Positions 26,427 through 40,132 of a stretch of DNA of 64,000 nucleotides are shown one piece after another. The DNA is from Octopus bimaculoides (taxonomy: Eukaryota). Each line of letters starts with the position of its first letter. Positions within the stretch are counted from its first letter, which is position 1. A program made the translations under genes and the position numbers. A model generated the notes under the pieces. It searched no databases and was not told the DNA's origin. It was given only the letters and a program-made list of their open reading frames with translations. The stretch spans positions 47,951,159 through 48,015,158 of the forward strand of contig NC_068984.1 in assembly GCF_001194135.2 (NCBI RefSeq), read 5' to 3'.

Positions 26427-29400
26427 CTAGAAATCGCAATATAGAGCTGCTAAATTTTCATCTCCATCTCCTGAGTAATGAAAATACGAAGTAAATAAAA
26501 GATCTGAACTATGGATACTGAAGGTAAAACAAAACAATATTATGAATAAAAATAGATATATTTTGGTTCAACGCATGCCTTTTTATTCAAGGAAGGACAA
26601 GTCCAATTTTGTGACGGTCACGGTTTTCTTACAGCTACCAGAGAGTTATTTACATAGATTGTTGTAAGCATTCAGTGAAACTAGCGTTGTTGTTCCGTTT
26701 GTCAGGAGGTTATCTATGTTCTATATAACTGCGTAAAGAATTGTTTAGGACTAATTGAAAACCAGCAGCAAAAGTAGGTATAGAAATTGAAAAATGCAAT
26801 CATTCTTTCTCAAAGCCACTGCTCGCCTGATTCAAAAAGCTACTCTAATCTTACTCTTTCACTCACTTTTATTTTAAATATTTTGATAAATTTGGGCTCA
26901 AATACTGTTATCAGAATTGGAAAAGCAATAATTTTTGTTCTTATATCTAATGTTCTTTCCTATTAAACCGTCTGAATTTCATATTACAGAGATATGTATA
27001 ATGCGTGATATATCATTCAAGTATGCATAATAAACTTCACATAACGATATCATTTTCGATATAATAAGATTGAGAATAGAGTTATGAACTAACATGAATT
27101 CAAGCCATATAATGCATATACTAGTCCACACCTCAATACATCCTTTATTATGAAACTTCTATCTTCTATTATTGCCCTTTTGAAAATGAATAACTTATTT
27201 TGCAATATAGTGGCAACATTTCAATACATGTCTCTTAAATAAAAATGTAGATATTATGTTATTTATTGTTACATTGTAATAAACAAGATATTTTAATTAT
27301 ATATATATACATACAACACAAAGATTTCAATTTAACTTTTGAATCTGATGTGATAATAAAGTTGAATACTCGTTTGCTTTCTTAAATGAAAATAAAATTA
27401 TTTTCTGTTAAACACATATACAACTCATTGAGTCTGAAGCAATTTTCAATATTGGCACAAGGTTTAAAAATTAGTTGAAGGAAATAGTCGGTTAGATCGA
27501 TGAAAATATATAACTATTAATTGTAGTATCGATCTCACCTCGATGTGCATAGAAACGTAAAAAAAGAAATAAATTAACTTTGATCTTGGACTCCCTAGTA
27601 ATTCTAACACTTTCCAGCCTCATCTATACAGTTTCTAATAATGATGCAACTGTATGAAACATTATATTACTAGTATATAAAAAGCGCACGAGTATAATCA
27701 TTACTCTCAGATACACCCAACTCTTTCACACTGGTAAGATCCTTTTATCTGATGTTCGATAACTCAGTCAACTCTTGATTGATACACCTCGGATGGCTAA
27801 CTTTTACATCTCCGAGGAGACAATAAAGTTCGTGCGCATATATTCACAGCACACTTATACGTCATTTCATTGCTGACTTTGAATCCCGCAATATCTTCCA
27901 GCTTTTTCAAATTTGCCACATGTTGTTATCTCTCTTTAACAGTTCTGGAACTCATGTAACCTTGTGACCTCTACTTCGTTGTTGCTCTTTATTTTCTCAT
28001 CTAACTTCTCGTAATCTATATTATTCGTTATTTCACTTTAATGTACGATTATCGACTGGCATATTTGATACTTTCAGAAGACATCTCCAACATATGGTAG
28101 TGCTTGGTGCATTCTGACTGACCTCTTATTCAAACTAAAAACCAATTTATATACACTACCTTTGAAATGTTTATTCTTACTCATTGATTTTACACATTAT
28201 CACTAGATTTCCTACTTCATATTGTCAACTTTAATTAGTGAAGAGTGTATCGAAGACACTTAAGAACAATGAGAAGAATAGAAGCAGTTGTGACTGGATA
28301 ATTGGTCGTATATAATATGAGATTAAGTTCAAAAGTCTGCACTGGGAGATATTTGTGAAGCATCTGTTCATATAAGCACCAATATTCAGTAAGTAGTTGA
28401 AAGGGCGTAGAACATTTCACAATTGGCCAACATTGCAGAGGGATGTGTAATATCTCAAAATTCTCTGTGCAATACTGTTTCAATCCACGATTCGAACCAG
28501 TTAACTTTACTCTCGCTCGCACTGCCCTTTAGAGACGTCTACTATAAGCTAACAGCATAGTGTTTAAGTTAAAATTCAATATTTTTCAAGTAAGCGAGTA
28601 ATATTTGGCAGAGACTTAAAAGGAGCATATGAAATGCTCTACAATTTTTCTCGGATATCTATGTCCTGAATTAGCATTTCAATACGTTTGATTTTTGTCT
28701 CTGTCTCGCATTGCCAACAATTTAAGAACCGAACTTCTTACCAGAATTCGTTCAGTCATTTACCCATACTCACTAAATTCCTAAGGAAGAAAGCAATATC
28801 TAAATTATTTTATCTATTTACTGTTTTGAAAATATAAATCACGAGTAAGGCCTCATACCAAACATCCATCCGCTATCAGTTCAAAATAAAAATTAATATC
28901 ATAGAGGTTGTAGTTTTTGTTGTTCTTCTACAAGTCTGCTATGATAGATCTTGTAATGAAATACATTCTACATGTGATACTTCCATCCATTTATTCACGA
29001 TACAGCATATTCTGAATACCTAATACTTTATATTTTGTATACTTTGGTTACATTTACCGCTTTGCTTTTCCTTTTTTAGATGGCAATGTGGAAAAATATT
29101 AGGCTGCTATCTATAGCAAGTCGAAAAACCACATGCATGTTTTTAGTTGTTTTAGTTGCAGGTTAATATCGACGGAGTTTACTCAACCATAGTTTTCCAT
29201 GAAACTAGTTTTCTTCTTCGTTAAATATATTCAACAAAATATTCCTGTATTTCACACGGGAAGACATATTACTAAAAAAAAAAAGGAATCCTCGAATACT
29301 ACACACTCCCTTTCCTACTCTTTCTATCACACACACTAATGAACATCTCGATAATATTTACAAATTTTTTATTATATTGACATCACATGTTTAAAATGTC

Positions 29401-31549
29401 AACGATGATTGTATTTGGTTTCGTCCGTTTATTTTGTTAGAAGAGCATGTGTTTTTGTATTGACCCTTATCAATTAAATCGTTTATTGACTGTCTCATTA
29501 ATCATATTTTGGGGACTTTGTGCGATACCCTGGCATTCTACCAACTCAATCAAATTCAGTTCCATATTTTAAGCGCTTTTCTTTTTCATATTTAACTGAT
29601 ATTTATTGTGTCATCGATCTTATAAGTGGGCATTTCAAAATCTTACACAATAAATGCAAGTACATTAAAAGTATTTATTGCGTCGTATTTTTACCATCAA
29701 TTTGAGACGCAAAGTTGATAAATATGAATACAGAAAGCAAAAAGGAAGGAAATAATGTCATATATTAGTTCCATGATCTATAGTCTGGTGCAGTTTTAAC
29801 ACCTCATTAACAAAGAAATATTAGCACCTGTTCTTTATTTCACTCTTCCTCTTTCTTCATTTTACATACACACGAGCACACATACATCAAGTTCACAAAC
29901 GTATACGCATTTACAAATGCGTGCACACACATACGTACAAAACTAACGACAAAACATGTACGGAATCGCTCGACTAACCAAGCATTAAATAATAGGTAAA
30001 TCTCATTTAGTCACATCCTGCTATACTTAAAAAGGAAATGCTCCTTGGTTAACGTAGTCCTTGAAAACAAAAAAATCTGCATGAAAAACGAAATGGTTAC
30101 AGTTGGGATGACTTTGCAAACAAAATACTTCATCTCTGCTGACTGGCATGGAAGCTAAACATCATCAACAGTAGTGATACAAACACAGCAGCGCACACGC
30201 ACACGTGGATACACAATCATACATATATGTTCTACGTGTGCGTATGCATGTGCGAGAAAATCAGGAAGGCAGTGAGAGGGTAGAGCGAACGAGATGGCGT
30301 GGGGGAGGGAAAGAGCGGGAGAGTGTGAGAGAGAGAGAGAGAAATCGGTGAAGTGTAATATATGTAGGGAAGTGAGCAGAAATTATTCTTTAAATGTTTG
30401 CCATCTTTCAGTAGATTGACCGACTTTCATTAGCTTCACCGAATTTCAGACGGAAGTAAGCGCTGCCCTTAAACCCACTCACTTAATATAAAGTATGTAG
30501 GGAAGCGGTAAAGTTTTACTTGTTACGGTATTACGAAAATGAAAAAAAAAAATAAAGGTAAAAGAGATATCTACGGGCCAGAACTTTGGATTTGATTCGA
30601 AGAGAACTGCAATTTCATTGTTATTTGGTTTGACACAACTAAACGTCTATAATTTTGGTAATTCTGATATATAGAACTGAATCTATTCGGACTCTCCCTG
30701 CCGTTACATGCATAATCTACCAGAGAACTAAGTGAATCGTTTATTTATAAAACAAGTGTGTTAAGCGTCATAGTTCAAAACCAAAATCAACGCCAGGTAA
30801 ACTGAGAGCGCATCGACATTTAAATCTCGGCAAAGACAATTCAAATGCTTCATTTTTAATGCCTGGACATCTCATATTCTATATGATTTTCCGCTAAAAT
30901 ATATACGCTTTGTTACTTATCTAACTAATTAAGAAACAACTTACTAATAATTTGAATAACAACTCTTTAATTAAATAAAACCTCACTGGATCCCATCCAA
31001 ACTTGGTTCAGCCTAGTATAAGTAATCCAGTTATTCTCAGATGTATATACAACTATACGGTGTGTGAAATGAGGTAGGAAGAGAGGCATAAAGAAATAGA
31101 GAGAGTGGGGGAGAGAGATGTATAGCGAGAGTGTACGTGAGGAGATTGGCGAGATGATAGAGTGCTTAACGGTTCCCAATCTGAATCGTCTGCCGACGAT
31201 GAATTACATATGTGAACTCCTTACATAGTATCGGCATTTTCTAGTAGGAAAAAATAGGAAGCAGGAGGAAATAGATCAGTTTCAGTTCTTAGGCTAACCA
31301 GAAGAAGCTACAAAGAAAATTACTGCTAAGTCTCACCATTAAAACTACAAAAGAATTAACAGCAAAACACTAACAAACTACTAAACTTCTAAAAAGTGTC
31401 TAATCATATAACTGTGAAACGACAAAATTACGAAATGTTAATTACCATTTAACTAAAATTACCAAGCCATCAAACAACTCAGAATTAAATTAGTAACCCA
31501 TCAAAACAGTTGATCTATAGAATATACAAGCTGAAATGCATCAAACAAT

Positions 31550-31700
31550 GATCCCATCGCTAAACTGTTATTTATTCTATCATCCCTAAAAGGATGAAAG
31601 GTAAAGTTGACCTCGGTGGAAATTGAACGCAAAAAGTAGAGAGTCAAAAGAAATACTACCAAGCATTTTGTCCGGCATGTTAACGATTTTATCAGTTCAG
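31550..31700 (-). mobile_element. SINE family B, decayed
   Basis: aaaggatgaaaggtaaagttgacctcggtggaattgaac...aagcattttgtccggcatgttaacgatt. Confidence 0.75.
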
Positions 31701-32421
31701 TATCTAAAAATAATAGCTAAAGCACATTCTATCTTCAGAAAAAAAGTTTATATTGGCTAATATATATTTAGGTACAGTATATTGTTTGAACAAAATAATG
31801 TTAAAGATGGGATCAACTTTCAAAATTGATTTGATCGATCTGAGTCTAGACATTTGCAATAACAACAATAGAATCTACATCAACAGTATCACCCACCACC
31901 TTCACCAATGCCAGTACCGTTACTAACATCACCATTGTCACTAACAACGCCATCAACAATAACATTAACATCAATATCATTGTGACCTACACCAAAATCG
32001 ACATCACCAACGCCACATCTGACACCACCAAGACAAAAGACGTGTCTCTACATAATCGTTCTGCTCCTTGTTATAGTTTTACTTCAGATTAACCTCTAAT
32101 GAGCAGATGTATAATAAAAAGTATTCCTGCCATGAAGAAAACGTTCTCCTCTCAGACATAGTAGAACAATGAATAAATAATCCAATATGTCACTAACTGT
32201 TCAAGACAGACTGGTGTAAGTTAAAGATCTTATTGGCATCTTTTGCAAGACCAGCGAGTCCCTCTATGTTGCTTTCAGTAATGTTGCTGATGATGATGAT
32301 GGTGACTATGCTCTTCTGACACCTTTTGTTACAGTTGTTTTCGTAGCTGTTTAAACACTGTTGTAAACATTGTCACATTCTTCTCTGATATATGGCGGTA
32401 TAAGTCGATACATCTCGTATG

Positions 32422-32858
32422 TTTTATCTTTTACTGGTTTCAGTCATTACATTGTGGCCATGCTGGGGCACCACCTCGAGGAATTGTAGCAGAACTAATC
32501 TACTCCAGTACTTATTTTCTTTCAAAGATTGATACTTATTCTATCGATCTCTTTGGCCAACCCGCTAGTTTTATGAGGACGTAAACACACGGACAAGCGG
32601 TGGTAGACACAAAGACAGACACAAAGACACAGACAGACAGACAGACAGACAGACAGCCACAGACAGACAGACATACACACACATGCAAACATATGACGGC
32701 GTTCTTTCAGTTTCCATCTATCAAGCCCACTCACATGACTTCATTTGGTCAGAGGGTATAATAGAAGACACTTGCCCAAGGTTCCACGGAGTGGGACTGA
32801 ACCAGAAACTATGTGACTGCGAGGCAAAACGTCTTACCACATAACCATACCTGCTTCT
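32422..32858 (-). mobile_element. SINE family A, near full length
   Basis: Tail ttttactggtttcagtc..ggccatgctggggcacc, central microsatellite, head agaagacacttgcccaagg..gggactgaacc. Confidence 0.9.
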
Positions 32859-32869
32859 ATATGCATATA

Positions 32870-33160
32870 CCCCGAGAACACAAAAAATCTCTCAAATGTC
32901 ATCATTTCTAAAAATAGCCAAACACCTACTGGGGTTCAAAAATCTTATCCCTATAGCCAAAACACAAAAGATCTATCAAATGTTATCATTTCTAAAAATA
33001 AACTTGGCATCAACTCTAAAAATAGCCAAACACATATTGCTGCTGTCCAAAGGAATAGGTATAAAAGACAGAAAACCAGCCAGTCTATTACAGTCTGTTA
33101 CAGTCTGTCATACCGGCCATGATGAAATACCACAAGGTATAGAAAATACGTATTAGCCTT
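32870..33160 (+). mobile_element. Solo Penelope-like 3' UTR/pLTR fragment with internal direct repeats
   Basis: Homologous to 55410-55580, which directly follows the GIY-YIG ORF at 55009-55398 (ctcaaatgtcatcatttctaaaaat...gctgtccaaaggaataggtataaaa...cagccagtct). Confidence 0.7.
33115..33158 (+). ncRNA. Minimal type I hammerhead-ribozyme-like motif
   Basis: GGC-C(A)UGAUGA-A-AUACC-ACAA-GGUAU-A-GAAA-AUACGUAU-U-A-GCC: 3-bp stem I, 5-bp stem II, palindromic stem III AAUACGUAUU. Confidence 0.6.
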
Positions 33161-34449
33161 TATATATTTATATATTTAATCCTTTATATTGAACACTCAA
33201 TATTTCATATATTCAATAAGACATTCAATACTTCATTTCATTGTACCATCCATCTTTTTTATATTATATATTATATATTCCATATTCTATATCCCACATA
33301 AATCTTACAAGAATATAAATAAAAAACATAAAAAACAGACAGAGTTGGAACTCTTTTAAATAAAATAATATATTCCTCTATACACGATCATACAAAACCC
33401 TTTTTTTGTATTTATTTTTACTCACATATATATATATATGTATATACATGTATAAATGTATGCGCATATGTAGGTGCACATACATATATACATGCATGTG
33501 TGCGTGCATGTATATGTATGTATGAGTGTGCGGGTGTGGATACTTGCATGTTTGTACATATACAGGAAAGTAGGTATAGATACAGGGACGTATGAATATA
33601 GGTGAGCGTGTATGTACATATGTACATGTGGAGGTTTCTGTGTGGGTGTGTGTGTGTGTATGTGTATGGGTGTATCTGGGTGTGTGGGTATGTATNNNNN
33701 NNNNNTGTGTGTGTGTATGTGTATGGGTGTATCTGGGTGTGTGGGTATGTATACATGGGTGTGCGCATATGTATGTGTGTATGTGCGTACACGCACGTGT
33801 TTGTATATAGGTATCTGCACATTAGCAGACACATATGTAAACACTCACTTTAATTATCTCCCCTGACCCACCCGAATAACTCCTTGACCACAACCCTTAG
33901 CTTCACATCAATAACACCCTCCCTTTATATTACTATGTAAACTAGCGTTCTTATGCCTAAAGCCCATGGAAAAATATTGGTGACCCCGCCATAACTCTAT
34001 GTAAACAAACCTTCTAACGGCCACTGACCATGTAACATCTCAGCTCGTAAGTTACCCCATCATTTCGTTTTTGTCTTGCTACTAAATGTTTTTTTTATGT
34101 TCTCCCTGATGAGAAACAAGTGATGATTCCAGCAAGCCTTTCTTCTTTTTTTTTTGTGAAACGGCCCTCACTTGCTTCGAAACATATATGTAGGAATTAA
34201 AGGAACTTTCATCGACATACGTTTTGCTCCATTTGTTGTTATTATCCATATATTCTCAAAATGTATCACGTTAACTCGGTATATCAACCTGTAAATCGGC
34301 TGGGATATCTTGTTTTTTAGTGTAATTTTGCTACCCCTGGTAACTATTAACGTATTCATCGAAAGTTTCAATAACAGAGATAATATTACTATACATAAAA
34401 TAATATATATATATGTATGTATATGTGTGTGTCTGTGTTTGTTCCCCTG

Positions 34450-34565
34450 CATCGCTTGACAACTGATGCCGGTGTGTTTACGTCCCCGTAACTTATCGGT
34501 TCGGCAAAGAGAGACCGATAGTATAAGTACTAGGCTTACAAAAATAAGTCCTGGGGTCGATTTTC
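34450..34565 (+). mobile_element. SINE family A, 3' fragment
   Basis: catcgcttgacaactgatgccggtgtgtttacgtccccgtaac...aataagtcctggggtcgattt; reverse complement of 56680-56795. Confidence 0.85.
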
Positions 34566-35839
34566 ATACATCTTTAAGAAATGATCCAATTAGCACCTTG
34601 TTGTCTAAAGGTATATGTTTTTGAATGCGAAATATAACAGCAATTATATACTCACTTTTGAATCCATAAGGACTTGTTTTGAATGAATGGATATGTTATT
34701 AAACTAATTCAGCAACTTGATCAATATATAGTGAATTTGATGTAGTCTTGTGTAGCAAAATTCTTTAATTTTATTTTAGAAACATATTGAAGGGGCATCC
34801 TGAAAGGGGTTAATCTTATAGAAAATGCTTCGGTGCTCCCTTTTATTGTCGTTTGAAATTGCCAACTATTATCTGAAGTCCGGGTTAATTTTATATAGTT
34901 TGTGTAACGCAATGAAAACTCTATTTAAAAGCTTAAAATTTCTTGCAATATACATATAATGTATTGCATTTTAAAGTAGAGGTTGTTTCATATGAAATAA
35001 TTCATTAAAAATCTTAAAAGTTATCTCCTTTCTTTGGTATACTGTGTGTAAATTATAATCTGTCCCGTTACAGACTTACAAGCTACATTTCTTCTGTTTT
35101 TTTTAATGCAGGTATTTGAATAAATATTATAATAAATTAAAAGAAATAATAAAATATAAAATATGATGCATGTTAACCAATTACAGGTAAACAACTGAAC
35201 AGCGAACTAGTACGAAACTTGTCAGATTCCAAACTAGAAATCATTTTGCATTTGGTTTTAAACTGAACGCACGTTTGAGTTTCTCCTCGTAACTTTCGCG
35301 TTGCACATATTTATTCATTGATCTGTCTCCTTTTTATTGACAGCTTAACTTGTACTATTCACTGTTGCTGTATGGAAGCAGACTGAAATTTGATGTGGGG
35401 TTACTGAGTTATTGATACTGGAAGAGCACAGTTTCTACTGAACAAGTATACGAACAATTGACAGTTATGCTGAACAATCAGTTGTTCTCAAAGCGTAATA
35501 TGTTTAGCTGCAGTAAAATTGACTCATGATAAATCTTGCATAAAGATAAAAATGGGAAAAAGGTAAAAAAAAATAAGAAGGCATTTAGACGGAGTACGTG
35601 TATCAGCATAACTCTCCGTATTCGCTACGTAATATTTAAATGAAAGCTAAGCTTCAATTCTATATTGATAACCTAAATAAAAAAAATTCTTCTGTAGAAA
35701 GTGAAATCTTCTTATCGCGACTGGTTCGAGCGTTTTAAGAATTCCTCAAAATTGCAAAACATCCAGTAAAATGTGAAAATGTAAGCGTCGAAAAAATGCT
35801 GCAGCTGCATTTCCAGCCTTATTAATTTATGCCTGCCAA

Positions 35840-36530
35840 AAATCATACTATTCTTGTACATGGTGACTGTTATCTAGGAGAACTAAAGATCAAACCACTG
35901 TTTAATTATATATCTGAAATATCAGTAGCTATAAAAGTAACTCTAAATCTCATTTTCCCATTATATGCTGATCAAATAATATGGAGTGGGCCACCACACA
36001 AAAGTTCCAGAATTAGCTTATTTTTTCTTCTTCCCAGCTGGCAGAGACTATTGCTAGTGTAAAAACCTTGAAAATAAAATGGTGCCTCATGTGGACTATT
36101 CTCCAAGTCACCTACCAAAGTTTGATGCCAAGAAAAGTAATATTCAAATAGCTTTTATGCCTTCAGATCCAATCAGCTTTGATCTACCTACGGCTCAATC
36201 ACTGATGGTATATCTTATATATAACAATTATGGCTCATGTTGAAGCGATTGAGTCTGAGTGGAATTAATATAAATGGACCACTATTGAGTATTTAACAGA
36301 TAACTGCACAAAAGTGAAAAGAATCATATTAACTCATGTGAAGAGTAAAATTCTTCTATACTGCATAGCAGGATCACAGGAATTTAGGGAGCCAACATAC
36401 TTATTAGGAGAATGTTAGATTGGCACGCAGGCTACAGTTCATGAAATCTATTAGTAAGAGTTGCAAATCTTGAATCACAGACAGACCATGCAAAACTATC
36501 CAATGAAGACCTCATGGAATTGGAGGTGCA
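35840..36530 (+). mobile_element. pogo/Tigger (CENP-B-like DDE) transposase relic
   Basis: ILVHGDCYLGELKIKPLFNYISE, VDYSPSHLP, NIQIAFMPSDPISFDLPTAQSLM and LSNEDLMELE resemble the Tigger motifs GDxKLKPLLIYHSE, LDNAPGH, FLPPNTTSLIQPMDQ and LTNEDLMELE in order. Confidence 0.7.
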
Positions 36531-37045
36531 TCGTACTCTAAGTACCTGAACATAGCTGCAGAAAAAAACACACCAATTTTATCAATTAATGCCTTTATCT
36601 AAAGATTTAAGAAGTTTTATTGAAAAAAATCCTCAAAATTAAAGTTGCTCACAATCATGAATGCGAATTTTAATTATTGGATACTCTTACTAAAAGAAGT
36701 CATATACAGAGAAAATATGTACCGAAAAAAAAAAAAAATAAATAAAAAATAATGATTCTTGAAGTAAATATTCATTTTATTATTTTCAAATGTATGTATA
36801 ACATACATGCGCCGATGTTTAATTTAACTTTTCATTTTGAAATTTGGAGACGATTTGTGGTAAATGTATAACATCAAAACGCAGCAAATGTATATCATAT
36901 TTCTTTAATCTAACCTTAGACAATAGGTGAAAAACGTTTAGACACTGAATCACACATACGTCTATTCAAAGTATGCAGATATGATTACTTCATATTACTA
37001 ATATGACAAGTGCGTGCCAAAAAAAAAAAAAAAAAGAAAACACGT

Positions 37046-37281
37046 TGGTGAGCTGGAAGAATCGTTAGCACACTGGGTGAAGTGCTTATCAGCATTTCGT
37101 CCGTCTTTACGTCCTGGGTTCAAATTCCGCCGGAGTCGACTTTGCATTTCAGCATTTCGTGATCAACTTTACCCTTCATCATTTCGGAGTCGATAAAACA
37201 ATTACTAGTTGCGCACTGGGTTCGATCTAATTAAACTGCACCCTATCCCAAAATTGCCACCCTTGTGCCAAAATCTGAAAC
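37046..37281 (+). mobile_element. SINE family B, near full length
   Basis: tggtgagctggaagaatcgttagcac (A-box-like) ... gggttcaaattccgcc (B-box-like) ... ccttgtgccaaaatctgaaac. Confidence 0.9.
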
Positions 37282-38152
37282 TAACATTACAAGTGTAAGT
37301 CACACAAAAGAAGAAACAAAATCAAGAATGGTGGGTATTGTAATTCAACGTTAATAATGACAAAAAAAATAAAATCTTCACGTGCATACTAAATCCATTA
37401 CCTGGCAAAAATTAGTTTCAGAAATTTTTCAAAAAAAAATTCGATGCAATTTTTTTCTCCATGTTTTCCTAATTTACCATTGATAAACAAAAATACAAAG
37501 ATTGCAATAGAATTTTATACTTCTTTGAATCACAAAAATTACCTATTTATGGGGCATTAATTGGAAGAACACATTCTGTATAATAGTTTGTATATTTGTT
37601 AAATATCTTTCGTGAAACTCCAAATATAATTGGATACTAAAATGGTAAGGCATCTTTGGGTATTCTTACTTTACAAGCACAAAAGTTCACAAATCCATAT
37701 AACTCCTTGTGTGTGACTGCGTGTACGTATTTGTGAGTTTTTTTGTGTGTTACTATGTATGTGTTTACACACGGGCGTGTATTTATACACTACAGGTGTA
37801 TTAAGAAGAAGGTTTTGTTTCAGAGCTATAGTATACTACATATCTATTAATTTTAGCAACCGCTGTATACAGTAGGTAGATGGAAACACCTTGAAATTAT
37901 ACACAATATCTTAATCTATGAAAAATTGGTCTCTGTTTAAATTTTGAGTAGTTTCGAACTTATATGGGATTTCATCAGCTGTTCTCTACGGTGAATCTAC
38001 CTGTAATTTCATTATATGGCTGAAAGAAATTAAATCGACTGATTTCCACATATAACTGATCTCAAGCTACTGTTTCGATTAATATATTCTTAGTTCGCAT
38101 AGTCACTGCTGTAAAATCCTACAGATTTTTATTACACATCCCATCCACCAAA

Positions 38153-38247
<95 letters not shown>

Positions 38248-39221
38248 GACACACATACATACATGCATACATACATGCATACATACATACATACATACAT
38301 TCATACATACAACACTGTATCGAGTAGATCATCCGATGTTGTTACATACTGCTTGTCGGAATGCGAGGAAGCGCATTGTAATGCGTGGAATCATAGTGTT
38401 TTAGCTTTCGAAGGATACCACCGTCCTGACTACGTGGCCGAGGCAACGTTACTTTGAAAGCTATTCCGTTGTCGAGTTACCAATTTATACAACTGAATCG
38501 ACGGGAGCAATCTGAAATCAAAAACATGACTTGTCGACCAGCACTGAAATTAATGAACCTTGTAGATTCTAACAAATTGATATACAGTTTTAATCTCGAA
38601 CTTTCACCTGTTTTGAACATGATAATTTATCAACATTGAAACATTTTAATTTGTCAACATTGAAACATTTTAGTTTGTCAACATTGAAACTTTTAACCAT
38701 GTTTTCCTAATTTAAAACTTTTACCATTGATAAACAAAAAATATTGTTGAAACTATATATGNNNNNNNNNNNNNNNNNNNNNNNNNNNNNNNNNNNNNNN
38801 NNNNNNNNNNNNNNNNNNNNNNNNNNNNNNNNNNNNNNNNNNNNNNNNNNNNNNNNNNNNNNNNNNNNNNNNNNNNNNNNNNNNNNNNNNNNNNNNNNNN
38901 NNNNNNNNNNNNNNNNNNNNNNNNNNNNNNNNNNNNNNNNNNNNNNNNNNNNNNNNNNNNNNNNNNNNNNNNNNNNNNNNNNNNNNNNNNNNNNNNNNNN
39001 NNNNNNNNATATAATAATAAATATAAGTTTAAATATAAAAATATGTATGTGTGAGTGCATATATGTGTATGTTGGCAATCTAAAATTATCTTATGATCGT
39101 TTCGCGAAAATTTTGTTGCTGTAATAACATCCAAAATGGATTTATTATATATAAGTAATATTTCCGCTCACCAGAGACGTAATTACTTTTGTGATATATA
39201 ATTGTATGTATAGTTTTTTTA

Positions 39222-39233
39222 ATAATAATAATG

Positions 39234-39313
<80 letters not shown>
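39222..39313. repeat. (TAA)n microsatellite
   Basis: Directly visible. Confidence 0.95.
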
Positions 39314-39314
<1 letters not shown>

Positions 39315-39364
39315 TAGTCTATAAAAATAAAAAAAAATATAAAAAATGTTGGGCCTGGTACCTA

Positions 39365-39590
39365 GAGTAGAAAAGTTTGATCAGTTTTATCCAAAGCTTT
39401 TGCAAAGTAAAGGTATGTTACGTCCACGATTAAGTTGTTGAGTAACTGCCTCAACACCCAGTCATAGTGCTGTTGGCAGCGGATCAAGCAGCTCCGACCT
39501 GGTTGAAAACCATGCTGAGTATCGCACAGCAAGTAGTTTTCTTCAAGGAGGGTGATTAACAACAATATACGCTTTCGATAATTGTTTCGA
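39365..39590 (-). mobile_element. CR1/L2-like LINE reverse transcriptase fragment
   Basis: LLCDTQHGFQPGRSCL..QHYDWVL..VDVTYLYFAKALDKTD corresponds to the QHGF..RSC / YLDFxKAFDKV motifs. Confidence 0.85.
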
Positions 39591-39591
39591 C

Positions 39592-40132
39592 GCATCTAGC
39601 ATCGATCTATCACGGGCAGGACACTAAACAACTGGTGCAGATGTATCTCATCAGGTGATAAATAGACAGAACTCGTTAAAATAACAGTTCCGCAATGTAA
39701 TTTCTCGTTTTGTAGAAAGAAAAGCAGCCAGACGGAAGAAATATCTTCATTTACATAGAAGATCAAAAATAAAATCACAGATGTAAAAGAGAGAAACGAA
39801 CACGCAGTAGAGTGAGAAAAGTATAATAAATAACCGTTAGCAAGTATGGATGTATTAACGACCTCGGGTAAGGTGTATGGCGCGACTACACTTACTCATA
39901 CAAGCATCCGCGGAAATGTGAGCATACGCAAACGTGAGGTTTAGTGCACTCTTAATCACAAAGCGAGTTAACTATTTACTTGGTGTTTGTCAGAATGGAG
40001 AGGTTAAGGGTAAACTTAAAGCATCCGTATCTTAAAGTAAATTACGTTAACAGTTACTCAAAATTCATTTCCACTGTATTGTGCAAAACTGCATTTACAT
40101 GCGTGTAGGCATCTCGAGAGTCTTTTAGACAG
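39592..40132. repeat. Unclassified ~550-bp interspersed repeat, copy 2
   Basis: Same orientation and similar end points as 14035-14590. Confidence 0.8.

Noticed and set aside
33650-33752. Direct duplications across the 10-N gaps at 33696 and 46333
   Set aside because: Identical sequence on both sides of minimal gaps indicates unmerged contig overlaps.
34106-34140. ctgatga as a hammerhead core
   Set aside because: No GAAA after a stem II and no stem III.
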